The notes below the pieces were generated by a model. That model was given only the letters and a program-made list of their open reading frames with translations. It did no database searches and had not been told where the DNA came from. A stretch of DNA of 64,000 bases from Anaeramoeba ignava BMAN (Eukaryota; Protista; Anaeramoebae). Location of the stretch: NCBI GenBank assembly GCA_028826165.1, contig JAPDFW010000094.1:1-64000 (forward strand). Direction: 5' to 3'. This document shows positions 1 through 12,590 of the stretch, in pieces. The first letter of the stretch is position 1. Each line of letters opens with the position of its first letter. The position numbers were made by a program, and so were the translations under genes.

Positions 1-1493
1 GCCAAAGGATATTATATTAATCCAAAAATTCCAAAAATTTATCAATATTTCATCATTAATTAAAAGATGCAAATGATAGAATAATTGAAGATATTGTTTC
101 TGGAATTCACTCAATTTACTTATTAACTTCAAACCAAAATGCTTATGGAATTGGTTCAAATTATTCTAACCAACTTGGTTTTGATTCTGAAAGACTTAAA
201 AAAACAGAAAAACCAATTTTAATGATGAAAAATGTTTCTAAAATATTTTCAGGAAATTCTTCAGAATTTGTTTTTCTTTTAAATCCAAATCAAGAATTAT
301 TTGGATGCGGTTGGAATAATTCTGGTCAAGTTGGATTAGGAGAATCAAGAAAAGAAGAAACAGAAATCCAAAAATTAACCAAAATCAAAAATATTCCAAA
401 AGGCAAAATAATTGATATTCAATGTGGATTATCTCATTCAATAATGTTGATTGAAAATGAAAATGAAAATCCAAAAAGAAAACTTTATTCATGTGGAAAT
501 TATCTATCTAATGGACTTGGCCAAGATGAAAAAACTTATGAATTTACTGAAATCAAATCATCTTTATTTGAAAATGATGATAATATTCTTGAAATTTCTG
601 TTGGTCATTCTCATACTTTGATTTTAACATCCAATTCAAAATTAATTGGATTTGGATATAATGATTATGGTCAATTAGGAACTGGAAATACAATAGATCA
701 ATTAATTCCAATTCAAATTGAACTTCCTAAATTAAGATTTAATGAAAATATTTCTAATTATCATGTTCTTTGTGGTGATGGAGATTCATTTCTTTATTAT
801 TCTCCTTCTTCTTTTTCCAATCTTGAAGAAGATTTGATAAAAATATTTAGAAGAAAAGAATTTTGTGATATTTCATTTAAAACAGAAAATGGAGAAATAA
901 TTGAAGCTCATAAATTAATATTGAAATATAGATTAAATCAAAATGAAAATGAAATTGAAAAACTTCAAGAAATTATTTCAAATAAATCAATTAAAGAATC
1001 AAATCAAATATTTGAAATGATTTATTCAAACAGAATAATAAATCCAAAATTATATTCTGAAATTAAAGAAATTATAAATTTAAATGAAAAAATTGAAGAA
1101 ACAATGAAAAGAATTTATTTAAATGAAAATGAAAAAGATTTTATTATTGAAAGAAAAGAAAAACAATATAAATTCCTAAATTAATAATTAATAATGAAGT
1201 GAATTATATCGAGGAATGTTTTTATCTGTAACAGAAGATAAATCAAATAAAGTTACAGATTATAGTGAATTAAGTAATAAATCATTTCAAATATTAGAAT
1301 ATTGGATTTATTCAAATCAAATCATAGAAGAAATTCAAATTACACAAGAAATAATTGATGAAATTAAAATTGGAATTGATTATTTTCAATTAAATCAAAC
1401 AAATCCAAATTTATTTGATTTATTAATTAACAAATTTAATAATCAAAATCAAATTGGAAAAAGAAAAAGAAAGAAAAAATGTTTAATTTTTAA
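1..1493 (+). CDS. RCC1-repeat + BTB/POZ protein, copy A (5'-truncated by window; homopolymer frameshifts; probable CaaX end)
   Basis: ORFs 222-1184 and 1216-1554. RCC1 motifs (GYNDYGQLG, SVGHSHTLILT) are followed by BTB-like FCDISF...IEAHKLILKYR and RGMFLSV. It ends KKKCLIF, one T short of the TAA seen in copy B. Confidence 0.85.
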
Positions 1494-1499
1494 AAAAGA

Positions 1500-2075
1500 A
1501 ATTAAAATTAAAATTAAAATTGTAAAATTAAAATTAAAATTAAAATTAAATTAAAATCAAAATTAAAAGTAAAAATTAAAATTAAAAACAAAATTAAAAA
1601 TTAAAATCAAAATTAAAATTAAAATTAAAATCAAATTAAAATTAAAATCAAAAATTGAAATTTAAAATTAAAATTAAAAATTAAAATTCAAAATTAAAAT
1701 CAAAATCAAAATTAAAAATTAAAATTAAAATAAAAATTAAAAATTAAAATTCAAATTAAAATCATTTATAAAATTAAAATCAAAATTAAAATTAAAATTA
1801 AAATAAAAATCGGATAAAACTAAAATTAAAATCAAATTCAAAATTAAAATTAAAATCTAAAATTAAAATTAAAATTAAAATTAAAATTAAAATTAAAATT
1901 AAAATTAAATTAAAATTAAAATTAAAATTAAAATTAAAATTAAAATCAAATTAAAATTAAATCAAAAGTTAAAATCAAAATTAAAATTAAAATTAAAATT
2001 AAAATTAAAATTAAAATCAAAATTAAAATTAAAATTAAAATTAAAATCAAATTAAAATTAAAATCAAAATTAAAA
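1500..2075 (+). repeat. (AAAATT/AAAATC)n hexamer tract in the A-B spacer
   Basis: Visible tandem hexamers. The unique islands ATCATTTATAA and ATCGGATAAAAC recur in the B-C spacer. Confidence 0.95.
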
Positions 2076-2217
2076 TTTGTTTTTTGTTTCTTTTTTTTTT
2101 CCAAATATCATTCAAATTTTGTTTTTTTTGGAAAGTTTTTACAATTCAAAATCAAATTAAAAAAAATCAAAAATTTTTCATTTTTCATTTTTCATTTTTC
2201 ATTTTTTCTTTTCCAAA

Positions 2218-4017
2218 ATGAATGAAATTATATTTTGAAGTTCAAATAATTCACCAAAACTTATCAAAAATGAATCAAATATAATAACAAAACCAATTCA
2301 ATTTAAATTTGAAAATGAAAATGAAAATGAAAAACAAATTAAACAAATTTCATCGAGTTTATTTTCAACAATTTTCCTTTTTAAAAATGGAAAAGCAATA
2401 GAATATTTAAATGAAAATGATTCAAAACAAAATCCTCAAAAAATACAAATTGAAGAAAATATTCAAAAAGTATCTGTTGGTTATGAAAACGAAACTATTT
2501 TAACAAAAGAAGGAAATGTATTTGCCAAAGGGAGATATATTAATAAAAATAATCCAAATCAATTTATCAATATTTCATCATTAATTGAAGATATAAATGA
2601 TAGAATAATTGAAGATATTGTTTCAGGAAGAAATTCAATTTACTTATTAACTAGAAATGAGAATCTTTACTCTTTTTTTTCAGGAATTAATCTAGTTGAT
2701 AATAATTCTCGAAAATTCAAGAAAACACAAAAAACAATTTTAATGATGAAAAATGTTTCTAAAATATTTTCAGGAAATACTTGTTTTTCTTCCCTTTTTC
2801 TTTTAAATTCAAATCAAGAATTATTTTCATGCGGATTTAATCTTAATGGTCAACTTGGATTAGGAAAATCTATAAAAAAAATGATCGAAAATCCAACCCA
2901 AATCCCAAATATTCCAAAAGGCAAAATAATTGATATTAAATGTGGATATTCTCATTCAATAATGTTGATTGAAAATGAAAATGAAAATCCAAAAAGAAAA
3001 CTTTATTCATGTGGATATTATATACCTAATGGACTTGGCAAAAATGAAAATACTTATGAATTTACTGAAATCAAATCATCTTTATTTGAAAATGATAATA
3101 ATATTCTTGATTTTTCTGTTGGAAGATCTCATACTTTGATTTTAACATCCAATTCAAAATCAATTGGATTTGGAAGTAATTTATATGGTCAATTAGGAAC
3201 TGGAAATAAACAAAAAGATGAATTAATTCCAATTCAGATTGAACTTCCTAAATTAAGATTTAATGAAAATATTTCTAATTATCATATTTCTTGTGGATAT
3301 AACAATTCATTTCTTTATTATCCTCCTTCTTCTTTTTCCAATCTTGAAGAAGATTTGATAAAATTATTTAGAAGAAAAGAATTTTGTGATATTTCATTTA
3401 AAACAGAAAATGGAGAAATAATTGAAGCTCATAAATTAATATTGAAATATAGATTAAATCAAAATGAAAATGAAATTGGAAAACTTCAAGAAATTATTTC
3501 AAATAAATCAATTAAAGAATCAAATCAAATATTTGAAATGATTTATTCAAACAGAATTATAAATCCAAAATTATATTCAGAAATTAAAGAAATTATAAAT
3601 TTAAATGAAAAAATTGAAGAAATAATGAAAAGAATTTATTTAAATGAAAATGAAAAAGATTTTATTATTGAAAGAAAAGAAAAACAATATAAATTCCCTA
3701 AATTAATATTAATAATGAGAAGTGAATTATATCGAGGAATGTTTTTATCTGTAACAGAAGATAAATCAAATAAAGTTACAGATTATAGTGAATTAAGTAA
3801 TAAATCATTTCAAATATTAGAATATTGGATTTATTCAAATCAAATCATAGAAGAAATTCAAATTACACAAGAAATAATTGATGAAATTAAAATTGGAATT
3901 GATTATTTCCAATTAAATCAAACAAATCCAAATTTATTTGATTTATTAATTAACAAATTTAATAATCAAAATCAAATTGGAAAAGAAAAAAAGAAAGAAA
4001 AATGTTTAATTTTTTAA
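2218..4017 (+). CDS. RCC1-BTB protein, copy B, with polybasic + CaaX (CLIF) C-terminus; in-frame TGA at codon 7
   Basis: ATG 2218 (MNEII) is in frame with ORF 2743-4017. TGA at 2236-2238 replaces the FG of copy C. It ends GKEKKKEKCLIF*. Confidence 0.85.
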
Positions 4018-4019
4018 AA

Positions 4020-4870
4020 AGAAATTAAAATTAAAATTAAAATTAAAATTAAAATTAAAATTAAAATTAAAATTAAAATTAAAATCAAAACAAAATTAAA
4101 ATTAAAATTAAAATCAAAATTAAAATTAAAATTAAAATCAAAATTAAAATTAAAATTAAAATTAAAATTAAAATAAAAATGAAAATGAAAATGAAAATGA
4201 AAATTAAAATTTAAAATCAAAATCAAATCAAATTAAAAATTAAAATTCAAATTAAAATCATTTATAAAATTAAAATCAAAATTAAAATTAAAATTAAAAT
4301 CAAATTAAAAATCAAAATTAAAATTAAAATTTAAAATCAAAATCAAATTAAAAATCAAAATTAAAATTAAAATTTAAAATCAAAATCAAATTAAAAATCA
4401 AAATTAAAATTAAAATTAAAATTAAAAATTAAAATTCAAATTCAAAATCAAATTCAAAATTAAAAATTAAAATTAATATTATAAATCAAAATTAAAATTA
4501 AAATTAAAATCAAAATCAAAATTAAAATTAAAATTAAAATTAAAATAAAAATCGGATAAAACTAAAATTAAAATCAAAATTAAATTCAATTTAAAATTAA
4601 ATTCAAATTCAAAATTAAAATTGAAATTAAAATTAAAATTAAAATTAAAATTAAAATAAAAATCGGATAAAACTAAAATTAAAATCAAAATTAAAATTAA
4701 AATTAAAATTAAATTCAAATTCAAAATTCGAATTCAAAATTAAAATTAAAATTAAAATTAAAATTAAAATTAAAATTAAAATTAAAATTAAAATTAAAAT
4801 CAAATTCAAATCAAAATTAAAATTAAAATTAAATTCAAATTCAAATTTAAATTTAAATTTAAATTTAAAA
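4020..4870 (+). repeat. (AAAATT/AAAATC/AAAATG)n hexamer tract in the B-C spacer
   Basis: Visible tandem hexamers, homologous to the 1500-2075 spacer. Confidence 0.95.
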
Positions 4871-4999
4871 TTTGTTTTTTGTTTCTTTTTTTTTTCCAAA
4901 TATCATTCAAATTTTGTTTTTTTTGGAAAGTTTTTACAATTCAAATCAAATTAAACAAAATCAAAAATTTTTCATTTTTTCATTTTTTTCTTTTCAAAA

Positions 5000-6748
5000 A
5001 TGAATGAAATTATATTTTTTGGTTCAAATAATTATCCAAAACTTATCAAAAATGAACCAAATATAATAACAAAACCAATTCAATTTAAATTTGAAAATGA
5101 AAATGAAAATGAAAAACAAATTAAACAAATTTCAACAAGTTTATTTTCAACAATTTTCCTTTTTAAAAATGGAAAAGCAATAGAATATTTAAATGAAAAT
5201 GATTCAAAACAAAATCCTCAAAAAATACAAATTGAAGAAAATATTCAAAAAGTATCTGTTGGTTATGAAAATGAAACTATTTTAACAAAAGAAGGAAATG
5301 TATTTGCCAAAGGAAAATATATTAATAAAAATAATCCAAATCAATTTATCAATATTTCATCATTAATTGAAGATATAAATGATAGAATAATTAAAGATAT
5401 TGTTTCAGGAAGAAATTCAATTTACTTATTAACTAGAAATGAGAATCTTTACTCTTTTTTTTCAGGAATTAATCTAGTTGATAATAATTCTCGAAAATTC
5501 AAGAAAACACAAAAAACAATTTTAATGATGAAAAATGTTTCTAAAATATTTTCAGGAAATACTTGTTTTTCTTCCCTTTTTCTTTTAAATTCAAATCAAG
5601 AATTATTTTCATGCGGATTTAATCTTAATGGTCAACTTGGATTAGGAAAATCTATAAAAAAAATAATCGAAAATCCAACCCAAATCCCAAATATTCCAAA
5701 AGGCAAAATAATTGATATTAAATGTGGATATTCTCATTCAATAATGTTGATTGAAAATGAAAATGAAAATCCAAAAAGAAAACTTTATTCATGTGGATAT
5801 TATATACCTAATGGACTTGGCAAAAATGAAAATACTTATGAATTTACTGAAATCAAATCATCTTTATTTGAAAATGATGATAATATTATTGATTTTTCTG
5901 TTGGAAGATCTCATACTTTGATTTTAACATCCAAATTCAAAATTAATTGATTTGGAAGTAATTTATATGGTCAATTAGGAACTGGAGATACAAATGAACA
6001 ATTAACTCCAATTCAAATTGAACTTCCTAAATTAAGATTTAATGAAAATATTTCTAATTATCATGTTCTTTGTGGATATCAGAATTCATTTCTTTATTAT
6101 TCTCCTTCTTCTTTTTCCAATCTTGAAGAAGATTTGATAAAACTATTTAGAAGAAAAGAATTTTGTGATATTTCATTTAAAACAGAAAATGGAGAAATAA
6201 TTGAAGCTCATAAATTAATTTTGAAATATAGATTAAATCAAAATCAAAATGAAATTGAAAAACTTCAAGAAATTATTTCAAAAAAATCAATTAAAGAATC
6301 AAATCAAATATTTGAAATGATTTATTCAAATAGAATAATAAATCCAAAATTATATTCTGAAATTAAAGAAATTATAAATTTAAATGAAAAAATTGAAGAA
6401 ATAATGAAAAGAATTTATTTAAATGAAAATGAAAATGATTTTATAATTGAAAGAAAAGAAAAACAATATAAATTTCCCAAATTAATATTAATAATGAGAA
6501 GTGAATTATATCGAGGAATGTTTTTATCTGTAACTGAAGATAAATCTAATAAAGTTACAGATTATAGTGAATTAAGTAATAAATCATTTCAAATATTTGA
6601 ATATTGGATTTATTCAAATCAAATCAAAGAAGAAATTCAAATTACACAAGAGATAATTGATGAACTTCAAATTGGAATTGATTATTTTCAATTAAATCAA
6701 ACAAATCCAAATTTATTTGATTTATTAATTAACAAAATTAATAATTAA
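5000..6748 (+). CDS. RCC1-BTB protein, copy C (frameshift near 5933; no CaaX)
   Basis: ORFs 5000-5950 and 6134-6748 join if the extra A in CCAAATTC is removed. It ends LLINKINN*. Confidence 0.85.
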
Positions 6749-6878
6749 AATTAAAATCAAAATTAAAATTAAAATTAAAATTAAAATCAAAATTAAAATC
6801 AAAATTAAAATCAAAATTAAAATCAAAATTAAAATTCAAATTCAATTATTCTTTATTCAAATTGTTTTAAAATGATTT

Positions 6879-9800
6879 TTAATCTCTTAAAAAACTGAAA
6901 TATTCTCTTTTTGTATCTGTTAATTTGGAACCAAATGAAGATAATGATTTTTCAATTAATTTAAGGAAAAAATATTTTGATTCTTGTTCTGATAAATTTG
7001 AACCCATTCTTTCTTGAATTTTCAATAAACAATCATCATTTCTTGATAAATCTGGAATATTTGCGCCAATCATCATAGAAAATAAATTCAGAAATAAATT
7101 TGTTGATTTTCTAAGAATATTATAAGCAGTTGTGCAATAATTTTTGAAATTATTAAAATGTTCCCCTTTTTTTCCTCCCATTGGTTCGATCATTTCAGAA
7201 GTGAGTTTGAAAGGAGGAGGAAAAGGCATAGGATCTCTTCCCAAAATAAATCCAAAATCAATATGAAGAAGATGACCATCTGATGTTAAAAGAATATTAT
7301 CTAAAAGAAAAATATGAAGATATGAAAAGATTAAAATCAATCCATTTTTTTTTTAATTGTGAGAATTATTAACCTAAATGTCGATCTCCAATCCCTAAAA
7401 TATATGTAATTACACAATATCCTGCGCAACTTTTTGTGTATTTTTCAATAACTTCTTCTTTGATTCTGTTTTTTGAATTTGGAATTAAATTTTTTTCGTT
7501 TTTCTTCAACCAGTCAATAATTTTTCCATTTTTGATAATTTCAGAAAGAGGACAAACATTAGGAACTTTTTCTATCATTCCGACAGAAGATGAAATTGCC
7601 AATATTTTATAAGGAGTGAGTTCCAAATCAAGATTTTGTTTTTTTAACAGTTTATCCATTAAATTAATAATTTGCATTACAAATTGATCTTGACGTAAAT
7701 CATCGCCTGATTTGAATAGAATTCCGTAATAAATTTTTTGGATCAAATCTTTTTCTTTTTCTTTTTCTTTTTCTTTTTCTGTGGAGATTTTCAATTCTAA
7801 TCCAAGTGGCTGCATTGAACTGCGAAATATTTTCACTTTTTTATTATCAATTCCAATGATTTTATAAGAAGGATCTAATGGCAAAACAAGTTCTTCAAAA
7901 GAACTGAGATCTGAGTATTTTCCTTTTTGAGATAAAAATTCTTTCAATCGGATAATTTTCTGTTCTCTTTTGATATTCATGCTTTTCAAGGAATTGTTAA
8001 TTTCAACAAGATCTCGAATAAAAGTTTTTTGTTTCATTAAAATGGAATAAATATCTGGGCGATTTTCATGCATTTCCTGTTCGAATTGATCCAGTATTTT
8101 CTTGAAAGTTCTCCCAAAAACAGAGTCTTCAGTTTCGACATTTAGGTACCAATAAAGATAATTGGCAATCTTGGAGTTATTAATTGCTTTATTGATTAAA
8201 AATCGTTTCAGATCCGATTCAAGTGGATTCTTTTCGTGTCTAATTGCAGAAACCAATTGTAACATGTAATTCAATAATTCACTATTCTTGATTTTGGACA
8301 AATGCTTGATTGAAAATTTTCTAACAATTTCTGACTTAAATCGTGATGTGAGAAGTTCAATGCAATCCTCGACATCAACCTCTTTCCAATTCTCAATGAA
8401 TTTACTGATGTATTCTTCTTCTTCAGGATCTGTGAAATCCACACATTTCAAAAATTTTGTGAGTGCTTTTTTGTTTTGAATCAAAGAATGCCGAAAAGTG
8501 AATAAAAGATTTTTATCTTTATCTGTCAAAATATAAAGAGGAGATGCTGAAATGATTTCGGCAATTTGCTGGCTCTGTTTGATATTTGGTTTCAAAGTTA
8601 CATTTACTGATCCCTTGATAAAATTTCTATCCAAAATTCCAATTATTTTCCTATTTTTAAGTTCAACAGGATTTTCTTTTGAATTTTCTGGATCATAAAC
8701 ACAAAAGAAACTTGAATCCTCAATTAATTCATTATTATCTTCATTATTATTTTCATTTATTTTTTCAGTGTTTGTCGTTGGTTCAAAATGATAATTTTGC
8801 TCTTTTTCTTTCATTTTTATATCGGATGTTGGTGAATAATAAACCTCAATTTTCTCGTTGTTTAAATAAAAATTCTGGAATTCCACATTCAAAAAAACAT
8901 TTGAATCTTCAAGCTTGGATTTGATTTCCTTGATTTTGTTTTTAGTGAGTTTATTCAACTCAAAAATGGGTTTTTCATCAGAAAAAAATTGAGAATTTGC
9001 GAAATGTTGGTTTTTTAAATTGGAAATGTAAATTAAAGAATTGGAATTTTTTGGATTGGTTTCAATAAGTGATTCTGTATCTAAATATTTATGTGAATTG
9101 ATTTGGTGTTGAAAAGGAAGAATGTAATTTCCTGATTTGAGTTTTAAATTGTAATCAAACATTGGAATGTTGGCTTGAGTTAATAATATTTTAGGTCTTT
9201 TTGGAAAAATATGATAAATTGAAAAAACAATAATTGAATCTAAAGGACAATTTTGAATAGAAATTGGGAATTGTATTAATTCATTCCATTCGCCAATTTC
9301 TGAATAAATTTGAAATCGTGTTTTTTGTTCGTCACAAATTTCTTTTCCTTTACTTATCATTTTAACACTAATATAATAATTAGTTGATTCTTGAATTGGA
9401 TTTAAAGAATTTTTTGTTGATCTAAATTATATTTCAGAAATAATTTTAATTTGAAATAAATTTGATTTGAAATGAATTTAATTAGAAATAAATTTAAATT
9501 TGAAATGAATTTAATTAGAAATAATTTTAATTAGAAATAATTTTAATTTGAAATGAATTTAATTTGAAATGAATTTAAATTTGAAATGAATTTAATTTGA
9601 AATAAATTTAATTTGAAATAATTTTAATTTGAAATAATTTTAATTTGAAATGAAATAATTTTAATTTGAAACGAATTTAAATTGAAATAATTTTAATTTG
9701 AAATGAATTTAAATTTGAAATAATTTTAATTTGAAATAATTTTAATTTGAAATAATTTTAATTTGAAATAAATTTAATTTGAAATAAATTTAATTTGAAA

Positions 9801-10465
9801 TAATTTTAATTTGAAATAATTTAAATTTGAAATGAATTTAATTTGAAATAAATTTAATTTGAAATAATTTTAATTTGAAATAAATTTAATTAGAAATAAA
9901 TTTAAATTTGAAATGAATTTAATTAGAAATAATTTAAATTTGAAATGAATTTAATTTGAAATAATTTTAATTTGAAATGAATTTAAATTTGAAATAAATT
10001 TAATTTGAAATAAATTAAATTTGAAATAAATTTAAATTGAAATAATTTGATTTGAAATAAATTTAATTTGAAATAATTTAAATTAGAAATAATTTAAATT
10101 AGAAATAATTTAATTTGAAATAGTTTTAATTTGAAATAAAAACCTAAAATTAATTGGAAATTTTGAATTGTAAGGTATAAAAATTTTTCTTAAAAAGTTT
10201 TCAAATCCATCAATTCTTTTTCTAAAATTGTTTAAAATGTAATTTAAATTTAAAAATTTTATCAATTCTTTTTAATTAATTTTTTTTTAAAGAATAAAAA
10301 CATTATTAAAGTAAATAATAAATTTAAATCACAAGAAAGCAAAAATCTTTTTTCAATAATAAATTTTGTTTTTTTTTGTGTTTTATGATGTTTTTTTTGT
10401 TGTTTAGTATTATTTTTTTGTTCTTCTTTTTTCTTTTTTTTTGTGAAAAAAGGAAATTTAATCAT
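6879..10465 (-). CDS. VPS34: Class III PI3-kinase Vps34; exons 10465-10302, 10221-10144, 9421-7374, 7300-6879
   Basis: N-terminal FLLSCDL, C2 and helical regions, FKSGDDLRQDQ, SCAGYCVITYILGIGDRHL|DNILL, HIDFGFILGRDP. Three GT-AG introns restore the frame. Confidence 0.95.
9430..10140. repeat. ~16-17 bp tandem repeat (TTTGAAATAATTTTAA) filling Vps34 intron 2 (9422-10143)
   Basis: Visible tandem array bounded by the minus-strand GT and AG. Confidence 0.9.
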
Positions 10466-10534
10466 TTGAAAAAAAAAATTAAAAAAAAAAATGAAAAATT
10501 AAAATTCATTTTTTCATTTTTTTTCTTTTTAAAA
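10466..10534. promoter_or_regulatory. Putative minimal bidirectional promoter, Vps34 / RCC1-BTB copy D
   Basis: 69 bp between the divergent ATGs, with TTTCATTTT motifs on both strands (~10487-10498 minus, ~10505-10522 plus). Confidence 0.5.
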
Positions 10535-12308
10535 ATGAATGAAATTTTATTTTTTGGTTCAAATCAATATCCAAAACTTATCAAAAATAAACCAGAAGAA
10601 ATAATAACAGAACCAATTCAATTTAAATTTGAAAATGAAAATGAAAATGAAAATGAAAAACAAATTAAACAAATTTCATCAGGTTATTTTTCAACAACTT
10701 TCCTTTTTAAAAATGGAAAAGCAATAGAATATTCAAGAAATTCAAAACAAAATCCTTCAAAAATCCAAATTGAAGAAAATATTCAAAAAGTATCTGTTGG
10801 TTATCAAAATGAAGCTATTTTAACAAAAGAAGGAAATGTATTTGCCAAAGGAATAGATATTAATCCAAAAAATCCAAATCAATTTATCAATATTTCACCA
10901 TTAATTAAAGATAAAAATGATAGAATAATTGAAGATGTTGTCTCTGGATACAGTTCAATTTACTTATTAACTTCAAATCATAATGCTTATGGAATTTGTT
11001 CAAATTATTATGGTCAACTTGGTTTATATTCTAAAACACTTAAAAAAACACAAAAACCAATTTTAATGATGAAAAATGTTTCTAAAATATTTTCAGGAAA
11101 TTCTTCAAATCATGTTTTTCTTTTAAATTCAAATCAAGAATTATTTGCATGTGGTTTAAATATATATGGGATGCTTGGATTAGGTGAATCAAGAAAAGAA
11201 ACAACAATCAATAAATTAACCAAAATCCAAAATATTCCAAAAGGCAAAATAATTGATATTCAATGTGGAAATATTGATTCAATAATGTTGATTGAAAATC
11301 AAAATGAAAATCCAAAAAGAAAACTTTATTCATGTGGATATTTTCAATATAATGGACTTGATAAATATGAAGATACTTATGAATTTACTGAAATCAAATC
11401 ATCTTTATTTGAAAATGATGATAATAATATTCTTGAAATTTCTTGTGGAAATGCTCATACTTTGATTTTAACTTCCAAATCAAAATCAATAGGATTTGGA
11501 TATAATGAATATGGTCAATTAGGAATTGGAAATACAATAGATCAAATAACTCCAATTCAAATTGAACTTCCTGAATTAAGATTTAATGAAAATATTTCTA
11601 ATTATCATGTTTCTTGTGGATATCGAAAATCATTTCTTTATTATTCTCTTCTTTCTTTTTCCAATCTTGAAGAAGATTTGATAAAATTATTTGAAAGAAA
11701 AGAATTTTGTAATATTTCATTTAAAACAGAAAATGGAGAAATAATTGAAGCTCATAAATTAATATTAAAATATAGATTAAAAAATGAAAATGAAATTGGA
11801 AAAACTTAAAGAAATTATTTCAAAAAAATCAATTAAAGAATCAAATCAAATATTTGAAATGATTTATTCAAACAAAATAATAAACCCAAAATTATATTCT
11901 GAAATTAAAGAAATTATAAATTCAAATGAAAAAATTGAAGAAACAATTAAAAGAATTTATTTAAATGAAAATGAAAATGAAAATGAAAAAGATTTTATAA
12001 TTGAAAGAAAAGAAAAACAATATAAATTTCCAAAATTAATATTAATAATGAGAAGTGAATTATATCGAGGAATGTTTTTATCTGTAACAGAAGATAAATC
12101 TAATAAAGTTACAGATTATAGTGAATTAAGTAATAAATCATTTCAAATATTTGAATATTGGATTTATTCAAATCAAATTAAAGAAGAAATTCAAATTACA
12201 CAAGAAATTATTAATGAAATTGAAATTGGAATTGATTATTTTCAATTAAATCAAACAAATCCAAATTTATTTGATTTATTAATTAACAAATTTAATAATC
12301 AAAATTAA
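10535..12308 (+). CDS. RCC1-BTB protein, copy D (frameshift near 11800)
   Basis: Starts MNEILFFGS like the other paralogues. ORFs 10376-11809 and 11784-12308. It ends NKFNNQN*. Confidence 0.85.
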
Positions 12309-12535
12309 AATCAAAATTAAAATTAAAATTAAAATTAAAATTAAAAATTAAAATTAAAATTAAAATTAAAATTAAAATTAAAATTAAAATTAAAATTAAA
12401 AATTAAAATTAAAATTAAAATTAAAATTAAAATTAAAATTAAAATTAAAATTAAAATTAAAATTAAAATTAAAATTAAAATTAAAAATTAAAATTTAAAT
12501 TCAAAATTAAAATTAAAATTAAAATCAAAATCAAA
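12305..12535 (+). repeat. (AAAATT)n tract directly after the copy D stop
   Basis: Visible tandem hexamers. Confidence 0.95.
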
Positions 12536-12590
12536 ATTTTTTTCATTTTTTTCATTTTTTTCATTTTTTCATTTTTTTCTTCTTTTTTCA

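Noticed and set aside
2236-2238. TGA recoding (alternative genetic code or selenocysteine)
   Set aside because: Trp is encoded by TGG in conserved positions, TGA serves as a real stop (13874, 24083, 26282), and the aligned residue in paralogues is Phe.
222-12535. RCC1-BTB copies as transposons or retro-elements with simple-repeat tails
   Set aside because: No transposase or RT, terminal inverted repeats or target-site duplications are visible, and the same hexamer tracts occur in unrelated introns.
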